A stretch of 38,439 nucleotides of DNA from Methanobacteriota archaeon (lineage in GTDB: Archaea; Methanobacteriota; Methanobacteria; Methanobacteriales; Methanobacteriaceae): NCBI GenBank assembly GCA_963787255.1, contig CAWBCJ010000005.1:1-38439 (forward strand), given 5' to 3'. Positions 28,499-38,439 of this stretch are shown piece by piece. Position 1 is the stretch's first letter. Every line of letters starts with the position of its first letter. The notes below the pieces were generated by a model. The model ran no database searches. It was given only the letters and a program-made list of their open reading frames with translations, and was not told where the DNA came from. A program made the translations under genes and the position numbers.

Positions 28499-29717
28499 TT
28501 ATTCTTTAATAAAATAATTCAGCTGGTCATTTATAATGTTCTGCAAGCTGTAATTCATTTTATACCCCATTTTTTGAATTTTTGTAGTATCGGATAACAA
28601 GAATCGGAACATCAGATGGTCTAAACCTATCAGGATTGAATTCAACAACAATTTTACCCTTATCTGTGTTTACAATTATTCCTTTATCTTTTATAGTGTA
28701 TTCCAAGTTTCCTTCAAGCATCATCTTATCTATCATCGTTTTTTCAAACTTAACACCATAAATTTCAGTTTTATCAATCAAAGTAGGATCTTTAACTATT
28801 TTATTATCATTAAATGTTCTGATTTCTTCCACATCCCATCCTGCTTCCTCTAAACCTAATAATATATAACTCAAAACAGAATTTGTTCTCATAGAACCTT
28901 GATTATAAACTTCACCACTTTTACCCTTTTCAGCAAGGAGTAAATAACCATTAATAATATCCTCTACATGAGACCAGTCTTTAAAGGCGTTTACATTACC
29001 AATATTAATTTTATCAGTCTTCCCTGACTTTAACTGCATTATCTGATTGGTTATAACAGATGTAACAAACATCAACCCTCTCCCTGCACCTTCATGATTA
29101 AATGCCCTTGAAACAACAGTATCAATACCATAAGTATGATGATAATTCTGCATAATATAATCACCATAAACTTTAGAAACTGCATATGGAGACATCGGTC
29201 TCAAAGGATTACTTTCTTTAACAGGAAGCTCAGGAACATCAACAGGCTCTGGAAAAATAGTCCCATATTCCTTTTTAAGCCTTTCATAATGTTCTTCAGA
29301 CGAAATGACCAGCCCATATTCTTCACTGGAACCTGCAAAAATTATTTTGGAGTCATTGTCTTTTACGCGTACCGCTTCAAGCAAATTAATTGTTCCATTA
29401 CAATTAATACCATGCGTTTCCAGGGGATTTTCAATAAATCTTGGAACAAAAGATTGCGCTGCAAGATGAAATATAAAATCTGCTTGTGATTCATCTATTG
29501 CATTAGCTAAAGAGGTTATATCAGCAAGATTACCTCTAACTAAATTTATTTTACCCTTCAATCGACATTCACTTGAGTTTTTTGATTTTGCTCCTTCACA
29601 ATTTTCCATTACTAACCCATAAATATTAGCATTTTTTTTCTTCAATTCTTCTACTAAATAATGACCAACAAATCCACTTACACCAGTTATTAGGACATTT
29701 TTACCTTCTAAATTCAA
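28499..29717 (-). CDS. Extended-SDR GDP-sugar enzyme (GDP-mannose 4,6-dehydratase family, RMD-like motifs); frameshifted near the C-terminus
   Basis: LITGVSGFVG, FHLAAQSFV, GSSEEYG, LRPMSPYAVSK, FNHEG, RFRPSDVP. Shifted frames give SDTTKIQKMG and YSLQNIINDQLNYFIKE* ending at 28499. TTG start with RBS AGGTG. Confidence 0.82.
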
Positions 29718-29822
29718 TTTAACACCTGAACTTTGTTAATAAATTTTAATAATGAGTCTAACTATTTTTAATTTTATACATTGATATTAAAATATTTTCT
29801 GTCAATTTGTGGAGTTTACCAT

Positions 29823-31549
29823 CTAACTGTCGTTTAATTTGAAGAATCTAATTAGGTTAAAAATGATAAGCTTTTTAATTTCTCTGCCTTTAATGTCTGA
29901 ATAATATACTTTCAAGCCGTTCGGTAAGATAACTGATGTCATATTTAATTTTGAGCTTACGTTGTTAAAAAATTCTGTTTTATTACTCATTACCCAAACA
30001 ATCTTTTCTGTAGAAGTATTTAATGGAACTTCCAACTTTTCATTTGTAAGTTCACTTGATTTATGATTTTTTCCATAGAAAACTATAAAGTTCTTATCAG
30101 TTTTGCTTAATTTTAGTCCAGAATTCTCATCATCAGTAACAACGTAAATATTGTATTGTGGAAGATAGTACATAGCTTTCCTCCATGAAAATCCCTGATC
30201 TTCCCTAAAATATCCCTAATAATAATCACACTGTTTTGGGAATTAGAACTATTTAAAATTGTATTAATAGTATACTCGGTGTTTTCGTCGTTTATATGAA
30301 TTTTTTCGTAATTGTAAATAAATAATAAGTCAATGCCCAACAAAATCTTCTGATTCTGATCCATAACACTCATTGGAGTTTCCCATGTGCTTTCAAAGTC
30401 CGAATTTGAAGGATAAAGAAAGTAAAAAGAATTTATAAGAATAAAAACCACCAATAATCTACTAATCACTGTTTTATATGAAAAATTATATTTATTTCTA
30501 ATTTTAACTGAAACAAAATGGATAATATAGCCTATAATCATTGAAAGGGCAGAAATATAAATTAATGAATAACCAGGTTTAGATAAAGGAAACAATATTT
30601 GGAATAAAAGCATAGGAAAAATCCATAATAACAAAAAAATGAATTTTTGATTTCTTATGAATTCTTTACCTAAAATATTCTCTCGATTAATCACAACAAA
30701 CATTATTAAAAAAAGGATTCCAATTATGCCCGAACCTAAAATAAGCCACGAAAATAGGGCTAAATCCATTATAAAATGATTAAATAAGGATGCTCCAAAA
30801 AATATGGATGTGGTTTCGAAGGCACCAGAAAGGTGGCCTGATGCAGTTATATAAGAATCATACCCTCCAGCAAGTAAAATAGTTGGAATAAACCATAATA
30901 AAGCTGATGAGATTAAAACAGAAAATCCCTTAAACATTCTTATTATGGATCTATTAGAATAAAAATTGCAAAATAACCATAATGGAAGCATAAAGATGAT
31001 TAAATCTTGTCTGAAACCTCCTGCTAACCCTAAAACAATTGCAGAAGGGTAAAAATAATTGTTATTACCTTTTAGAACTTGATAAGATAAATACGCAATT
31101 AAAGTAGCAAATAATGCTTCTGTGAGATAAATTGTGGCAATTTCACCGTAAAACCAGTACAAAGGGTTAAATATTAATAAAATTGAAGATATAACTGCTA
31201 TTTTTCTTGAAAATATATTTTTAGCCAAATAATAGACAACAAAAACAGTAAAAATACTGAATAAAATGCTTATAACTACCATAGTGGAATTCGCATCATT
31301 AAAAATAGTATTTACCAATTTACCAATAGCTATATAAAATATATATCCCGGAGAATGTGGTTGATGACTTAAAATATCGTATTTTTCAAATCCAAGAGCA
31401 TAATTAACAGAATCCCATTCAAAAAGATATTTACTCATAAAAGGAATCCTTGTTATTAAAATTACTAATGAAAATATGGATAATAACAATAAATCGAACC
31501 TATTAACTTTATCCTCCTCTTCTTTCGATATAATTTCTTTTAAAATCAT
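29823..31549 (-). CDS. Polytopic GT-C-type (PMT/ArnT/DUF2723-like) glycosyltransferase; frameshift near 30200
   Basis: EWDSVNYALG...HQPHSPGY after the first TM, followed by many TMs. The 29823-30173 ORF continues it in another frame (FSWRKAMYYLP). Confidence 0.7.
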
Positions 31550-31790
31550 TACTAACACTCTAAAATATGATTAATATAAAAAAATTAATTCAATTTATAT
31601 AAATTATTTTAATATAGTCTGATTTAATATATCTTATTATTTCTACCCAAATTAAAATAAAATATATAAATCCATTTAGACAAAAAAAATGAAACTTAAA
31701 AATGCATTATTTCATCAATATTAACATAAAGTAAATTAATTATTTCAAAAAAAAGTCTATTTAGTCATTATAAATGGAAGAAAAAAAAAT

Positions 31791-32848
31791 ATGAATTATC
31801 CTAAAGTTTCAATCATTATTCTAAACTGGAACGGCTGGAAAGATACTCTTGAATGCCTGGAATCTCTCTACCAGATTGATTATCCTAACTATGATGTTAT
31901 TGTTATAGATAATGGTTCTGAAGATGAATCAATAAAAAAAATTAGGGAATACTGTAAAGGAAAAATAGTAGCTAAATCTGATTATTTTGAATATTCTGAA
32001 GATAATAAACCCTTGAGGATTTTTGAATTTACAGAAGAAGAATTAGAAACTAATAAAACTATTAACAATGAATTTTCCAGTTTATCTCCAAATAAAAGAT
32101 TAATTCTTATTAAAAACCATAAAAACTACGGATTTGCAGAAGGAAGTAATATTGGAATTCGATTTGCTTTAAAATCTTTTAATTCGGATTATATTTTACT
32201 TTTAAACAATGATACTGTTGTTGACAAAACATTTTTGACGGAATTAGTTAATGTGGCATCAAGCGATGAAAAAATAGGTGTTGTGGGGCCTAAAATTTAT
32301 TATTATAATTATAAAGGCAGGAAAGACGTCATAAACTTCGCAGGCGAAAAAATCAACTTTTACACATCTCGAGGAAAACGTTTAGGCCGATTTGAATTAG
32401 ATAAAGGACAGCATGATAAAATAAGAGAGAATGACAAGATAGATGGAAGCTGCATGCTAATTAAAAGAGAAATTATTGAAAAAGTGGGAATATTTGATCC
32501 AATCTATTTTGCATACTGGGAAGAAGCAAATCTATGCGTAAGAATAAAAAATGCAGGCTTTAAACTTTTATATGCTCCCAAAAGCACAGAATATGGCACA
32601 AAATAGGAGTTTCATGGGACACATATTTCAGTGACTTTATCCTCTACCACTATTTAGTGCGTAATCGCTTGATTTTCATGTGGAGATATACATCAACTTT
32701 TCAAAAAATGGTATTCACATGTTTTTTTGTAATTTATTTGTTGTTTAATATACTTTTGATGTTTATAAAAGAAGATTTAAATACATCTAAAGTTGGATTA
32801 AAAGCTATTAAGAAAGGATTAACAGATTTTAATTCATTAAATAAGTAA
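31791..32848 (+). CDS. Glycosyltransferase family 2 (rhamnosyltransferase-like); frameshift near 32587
   Basis: PKVSIIILNWNGWKDTLECLESL, DNGS, NYGFAEGSN, LLNNDT, GSCMLI, YWEEAN; shifted-frame WHKIG...RNRLIF. Confidence 0.88.
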
Positions 32849-33018
32849 GCTTTATTACAAAAATTTCAATTTAAATCAGTAAATATTTTTATGTTTGAAA
32901 TAGACTTAGAATTAAGTTTAATTAATAATAGTCTTAAGTTGATAATAAATTTCATGTTACCTTAGTGAATTTAAATTGATGATAGTGTCTATACTGAAAA
33001 ATTAGGTAAAAAAATGGT

Positions 33019-34438
33019 ATGAATAATCAAAAACGAATATTATTTTTCAATGCTAAACGAGAGAAATGTGATAGTTCTTCTCCACATTTAGGCCTTGCAA
33101 TGTTAGCCGCTGTTTTAAAAGAAAATGGTCATGAAGTTTTGGTAGTGGATTACCAATTTAAACCTGACGCATTTTCTCCGAAGAGATTTGTAGAAAACTT
33201 TAAGCCAGATATATTGGAATCACGCTTTACACTGCAACAATGAAAGAGGCAGAAAATATAATTGAAGAGATTTCCGAATTTAATATTCCTATTATGGTAG
33301 GCGGGCCACATGCAACCTTATATCCTGAAGATTTAACCAGTATAGCAGATTATATAATTGTTGGTGAAGCCGAAAATGTAATTGTAGATGTGGTAAATAA
33401 CTCTAAAATTGAAAATGAAGCAAAATTAATATGTTCAGAACCACCAGATCCAAAAGATTTACCATATCCTGATTTCACGTCTTTTTTTGGATATGAAAAT
33501 ATTTATATTTATCCTCTACTTACAAGTCGGGGATGTCCATATAATTGTAGTTTTTGTGCAGTTCGTTTCGTATCAACGAGAAAATGGAGACCCCGAAAAA
33601 CAGAAGATTGTATTAAAGAGGTAATTGATGCAAAGAATAAGCTGAAGAATCTTGACTCTGTAATTATTTATGATGATAATCCAATGTTCAGAAAAACTCA
33701 TATGAAAAATTTTCTTCATCTCTACATTGAAAGTAGATTAGCATGCCTCTAACTGTTATAAATACTCGAGCTGATAGCCTGGATGAAGAGATGATTCAAC
33801 TTCTTAAAAAGAGCTAAAAGTCCATCAATAGGTATAGGAGTTGAATCAGGAGATCCGGAAGTATTTAAGAAAATAGGAAAAGGAGAAAGTTTAGATGATA
33901 TAAGAACTAGCATCAGAAAAGATTAAAAAACATAAAATTCCTCTTTCATTATGTTTTGTTATCGGGCTTGAAGGTGATTCTTTTGAAAAAACTATGCATT
34001 CAATAGAATTTGCAAAAAAAATTAAGCCGGATCACATTTACTGGAATATGATAACTCCATTTAAGGGTACAAAGATTAGAGAATGGTATGATACAAATGG
34101 AACAGTATACTAATTTAGTTAATCATTCTTCATGGGTTGATGGAGACTTCATGTGTGAAGAACCTTGTGCTGAAACACCAGAATTTAGTGTTGAAGAACG
34201 AAAAAAAGCATATATAACAGCTATACTAAAAACAAATGATACAAGATTAAAATTAAGAGATATTAATAGATTATACCCATATATTAAGAATTATGGACTT
34301 TATAATGAATTTATTTTTTGGATCCCACATAAAATATTTTCAGACATCATAAAACCAATCAAATTATTCATATTTGCATTAAATATTTATCGTGAAGTTG
34401 GGTTTAAAGGATTGATCAGACGAATTAGACATAACTAA
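33019..34438 (+). CDS. Cobalamin-binding radical SAM protein; several frameshifts
   Basis: PHLGLAMLAAVLKENGHEV, VGGPHAT, GEAE, TSRGCPYNCSFC, DDN, TRAD, IGVESG, FVIGLEGD, TPFKGT spread across frames. Confidence 0.85.
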
Positions 34439-34477
34439 AGTATTAATAAGCAATTATTAAATAAGGAACGTATAAAA

Positions 34478-35165
34478 ATGGATATTAAATGGTCAAAAAT
34501 TATAAAAAATTACTGGACAACAGTTTTTATTCCATCTTATTTACGTTTCAATTACTATAAAATATTTGACCCTTTAAAAACATTTGAATTTCAAGGAAAT
34601 ACCTATAAATATTTTTACCATTGGTATAACACTACATGGAATAATGAAAGGGCAGTAGAGATTCCAATTGTGTGTAAAATCATTAATGAAAATATTGAAG
34701 ATAATATTCTTGAAATAGGAAATGTCCTTTCTCACTATTTTAATATAGAACATGATATAGTGGATAAATATGAAAAAGCCGATGGAGTAATCAATCGAGG
34801 ATGTTGTAGATTTCAAAACTTCTAAAAAATATGGTTTAATTGTTAGCATCTCAACACTGGAACATGTAGGCTGGGATGAAACACCACGAGATCCAGAAAA
34901 GATTTTTATTGCTTTAGAAAATTTAAGAAATTCCCTTATTCCCGGAGGTAAATTAATAGTTACTATACCCATTGGACAAAATTCAGCTCTTGATTCATTC
35001 CTTGCAACAGGTAAGGTTAAGTTTACAAAAAATTATTATTTGAAGAGAATATCACAAAGTAATAAATGGAAAGAACTCAATTCAGAATTTAATGAAGTTG
35101 AACATGTTTCTCCTTTTCCTGGAGCTAATTTGGTGTTTGTAGGTATCTATATTGAACCTAAATGA
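34478..35165 (+). CDS. SAM-methyltransferase-fold protein (DUF268-like); frameshift near 34796
   Basis: NERAVEIP, ILEIGN; shifted frame IVSISTLEHVGWDE..RDP, LIPGGKLIVTIPIG; stop TGA 35165. Confidence 0.65.
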
Positions 35166-35187
35166 ATTTAAATAAATGGAGATATTC

Positions 35188-36272
35188 ATGAAAATAGCTG
35201 TTTTTCATAATTTACCATCTGGCGGGGCTAAAAGAGCATTATATGGAAATTTAAATTATCTAGCTGAAGATAATGAAATTGACATATTTGTGCCATCAAC
35301 TGCAAATGAGAAATATTTACCCTTAAAAAAGATTACAAATCATATAAAAACATTTCCAGTAAAAAATGACATTCCAAACTTCATATTATCCTCTATAAAA
35401 TATTTTCCAGCAAAAGTATCCTTAATAAATCTTGAGAAAGTGCAAAAAGACATTGCTCAAGAGATCAATGGGGGAGATTACGATGTTGTTCTCTGCGAAC
35501 AAGATAGATTTACAATGGCTCCTTTTATTTTGAAGTACATTAAAAAACCATGTGTTTACTTTTGCCAGCAACCCAGTATTTTCCGATACGAAATTTCTCG
35601 TCAACACTACAAAAATGCAGGTTTGAAATACAAAAATATGATTCACGGGCTTTATTTAGCTCTTTATGGCTCCAAAATGATTAACCACGATAAAAAATAT
35701 GCATCTTACTCTAAATACATAATCGCAAATTCAAATTTCTCTAGAGAACTTATTTTAAAGAATTATGGCATTAATTCATCAGTTTCATATTTAGGAGTTG
35801 ATGAATCAATATTTAGGCCTATAAATCTTCCCAAAGAAAATTTTGTTCTATCAGTAGGTCAATGCATCCCCGAAAAAGGTTATGAATTTATTATAAAATC
35901 TCTAGCAAAAATTGACATTCAAAAACGTCCTGAATTTCTTATAGTTACTGATCAGGGAAATATACACTGGAAAAACTATCTTCAAAAGCTTTCAGCAAAA
36001 TTAAAAGTTAAGTTAAAAATATTAACTCTAATTGAAGACGAAGAACTAGTTAAGCTATACAATAAAGCAATTCTTGTTGTCTATGCACCATACAGTGAAC
36101 CCTTTGGATTGGTTCCCCTAGAAGCAATGAGCTGCGGAACTCCAGTTGTTGCTGTGAAAGATGGAGGCGTAAAAGAAAGTGTAATAAATAATAAAACAGG
36201 CATCCTCACACATAGAAATGAAAATGAATTTTCTAATGAGATCATAGCACTTATTTCAGATAACGAAAAAAT
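35188..36272 (+). CDS. Glycosyltransferase family 4, truncated by an assembly artefact
   Basis: MKIAVFHNLPSGGAKR; ANSNFS; EKGYEF; EPFGLVPLEAMSCGTPVVAV. The reading frame then runs into poly-A. Confidence 0.88.
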
Positions 36273-36580
<308 letters not shown>

Positions 36581-36744
36581 GTGATGTATGTGTCCTCCAC
36601 ATTCATAAAATAGAAGTCCCTGGTAACCTCTCTTTATAGCCATAGTAGTTTTCCACTAATTTAGTATTGTTCAATTTTTCAGCTTCAGCAACAGTCATTC
36701 TGGCAGTACTAGTCATCCATAAATGCGAAACATCTCTCTACTGG

Positions 36745-37160
36745 CTAAAGCAGGTCTTTATTCGGCCCGTAAGGCGAATAGCGGCTGGGCGCTTGGGCGA
36801 TAGCGGCCAAGACGGCTGACTCGGCCAAGTTTAAATCGCGCGCGCTTTTGCCGAAATATTTTTGGCTGGCCGCTTCTACGCCGTAGGCCGTGGAACCGTA
36901 AGGAATTTCATTAAAGTACATTTGCAAGATTTCGTCTTTGGAGAATTTTTTTTCCAACCGGTAAGCCAAAATCAGTTCTTTGATTTTTCTGGTAAAAGTT
37001 TTTTCGCTGGTTAAAACGGCGTTTTTTATGAATTGCTGGGTTAGGGTTGAGCCGCCGGCTTTTTTGCCCGAATAAAACATTGGTGACCACGGTTCGAAAA
37101 ATAGCCCAAAAGCTAAAGCCCTTATGCTTGTAAAAGTCTTTATCTTCAATGGCGATAGAT
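36745..37160 (-). CDS. Fragment of a bacterial class A PBP transglycosylase (GT51) domain; foreign to the archaeal contig
   Basis: AIEDKDFYKHKG, GGSTLTQQFIKN, RKIKE, SKDEILQMYFNEIPYG, YGVEAAS..YFGK, LAESAVLA; frameshift near 37066; intermediate GC. Confidence 0.88.
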
Positions 37161-37164
37161 GGCG

Positions 37165-37798
37165 AATACTTAGTTGTCGGTGATGGAAGAAAGCCGGCGG
37201 CGAGATTCGAGAGTTGCTCTCCCAGGGCGAGTAGCGACTCGGCGCGCGAGCGGTCGCCTTGCAGATGGGTCAGGAGATCGATACCGAGGTACAGCGCGAT
37301 GAAGCCGAAGGCGATGTCGCGTGGTGGAGCCAGTTGCTCGAAGAAGGTGCCATTCAGCAGGCCTGCGGCCTTGGCTTCGACCAGCGTGATCCAGGGTTCC
37401 ATGCGAGCCACGACCTCGCGGCCCAGCTCCGCGTTGGTTGCTCCTGCGGCAACCATCTCACCCAGCACGGTGATGTAGCCCTGGGCGATGTCGTCCTTGT
37501 AGATCTCGCGGGCAAGTTGTGCCAGCTCGGGCAGCGTGGTGGCCTGATCGAAAGCGGGGCGGTAGGCCTCCATGCGTCGCGCGCTGGTCTCGTCTACGAC
37601 TGCCAGCAAGAGATCCTGGACGCTGCCGAAGTGGTAGAAGATAAGCGCCTGGTTGAAGTCGCCGGCGCGCGCAATCTCTCGAGCGCTGGTGCCCGCGTAG
37701 CCCTTGTTCTTGAGCGTCTCCAGCGCCGCCGCGACGATCTTGAGACTGGTGCCCTCGAGCCGGGGCGCTTCGCCTGGTTTTTGAGTCTCGCTTGACAT
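37165..37798 (-). CDS. TetR/AcrR family transcriptional regulator (high-GC bacterium); 3' end joined to the PBP fragment
   Basis: IVAAALETLKNKGYAGTSAREIARAGDFNQALIFYHFGS helix-turn-helix; high GC3. Confidence 0.88.
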
Positions 37799-37818
37799 CT
37801 CTGCTGCTCGTTCCTATA

Positions 37819-37849
37819 TTTAAGCATATGCTCAAAGCGGATGCTCAAA
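37819..37849. promoter_or_regulatory. Candidate TetR operator
   Basis: TTTAAGCATATGCTCAAA (37819-37836; 16/18 palindromic) plus an extra half-site ATGCTCAAA at 37841-37849, between the divergent genes. Confidence 0.65.
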
Positions 37850-37886
37850 CTGACACTGGGCTGGATCGGTTCCGGTTGGCTGAACC

Positions 37887-38258
37887 GTGACGGGCCGGGC
37901 GATCGTCCTCTACGACGCCGACTGCGGCTTCTGCAAGCGCCTGCTGCGGCAGCTGCTGCGCTGGGATCGCAACCACCGCCTGCGCCCGGTCGCGTTACAG
38001 GACGCCGAGGCCGACACGCTGCTGCGCGGCATGGAGCGTGACCGGAAGATGGCCTCCTGGCATCTGGTCGAAGCCGACGGCACGATCTACTCGGGGGGCG
38101 CGGCGCTGCCGGTGTTGTTCCGCCTGCTGCCGAGAGGCGCTCCGCTCGCGGCCATCCTCTCGGCCTTTCCCGGTGCGACGGACCTCGCCTATCGCTGGGT
38201 CGCTCGCAACCGCATCGCGCTCAGCCGCTGGACGCGCTCGCGCGGCAGCTCGCTCTAG
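37887..38258 (+). CDS. DCC1-like thiol-disulfide oxidoreductase family protein (DUF393)
   Basis: VLYDADCGFC (DxxCxxC) and AYRWVARNR motifs. Confidence 0.88.
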   Translation: MTGRAIVLYDADCGFCKRLLRQLLRWDRNHRLRPVALQDAEADTLLRGMERDRKMASWHLVEADGTIYSGGAALPVLFRLLPRGAPLAAILSAFPGATDLAYRWVARNRIALSRWTRSRGSSL

Positions 38259-38439
38259 ATGAGTGATCCCACGACATGCCATTTCCCAGTGCGCTGCGAA
38301 TCTGCGTCAGCCTTTGTCATAGCGCTCATCCGTGCCACCAGCACGGATTTCGCGCTACTTCCGCGGCTGACTTGATTCTCGCGCCCTGGAAAACGGCGGC
38401 CGTGGAATCGATCATCTAGCGCTGGTTCGTCTCGTCCCA

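Noticed and set aside
5330-35646. Short antisense or overlapping ORFs in the track (e.g. 5330-5665, 9767-9985, 13506-13748, 19030-19293, 22918-23187, 29136-29489, 34574-34972)
   Set aside because: They are shadows of well-supported genes on the opposite strand or in another frame.
36745-37160. Peptidoglycan synthase gene in an archaeon (horizontal transfer)
   Set aside because: It is a fragment truncated at both ends, lies beyond the artefact junction and has a different composition.
36911-37798. 295-aa ORF appearing to be a TetR-transglycosylase fusion
   Set aside because: An abrupt GC shift at ~37160 and an internal GT51 fragment indicate a chimeric join.
37149-38282. Multiple overlapping ORFs in the high-GC end
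   Set aside because: Stop-poor GC-rich frames; only TetR and the DCC protein have family motifs.

Overview
Positions 1 to ~36270 are AT-rich archaeal DNA most consistent with a Methanobacterium/Methanobacteriales chromosome (mfnB, GGAGGTG-type RBSs, TATA boxes, DUF2206). A housekeeping block (hsp20, mobA, guaB, mfnB, LUD/Fe-S and CCG proteins) is flanked by two glycan-biosynthesis clusters. Together these encode GT4s, GT2s, a flippase, DUF2206, a GT-C protein, an RMD/GMD-like SDR, a B12 radical SAM enzyme and methyltransferases. The most interesting locus lies between hsp20 and mobA (17229-21634). It pairs a hyaluronan-synthase/NodC-like processive GT2 (DSD, SEDR, QQYRW, WG motifs) with a membrane-anchored CBM-like plus CE4 polysaccharide-deacetylase protein. 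The two ORFs are one base from being a single ~1460-aa protein, suggesting a self-contained GlcNAc-polymer synthesis and deacetylation system in a methanogen. Several genes appear to initiate at ATA/ATT codons. Many genes near both ends carry single-base frameshifts, probably sequence errors. After ~36270 the contig is chimeric: poly-A/poly-T junk, an orphan AT-rich fragment, a bacterial PBP transglycosylase fragment, then high-GC bacterial TetR and DCC-family genes. No rRNA, tRNA or CRISPR array was seen. All calls come from reading motifs by eye; no database searches were run.
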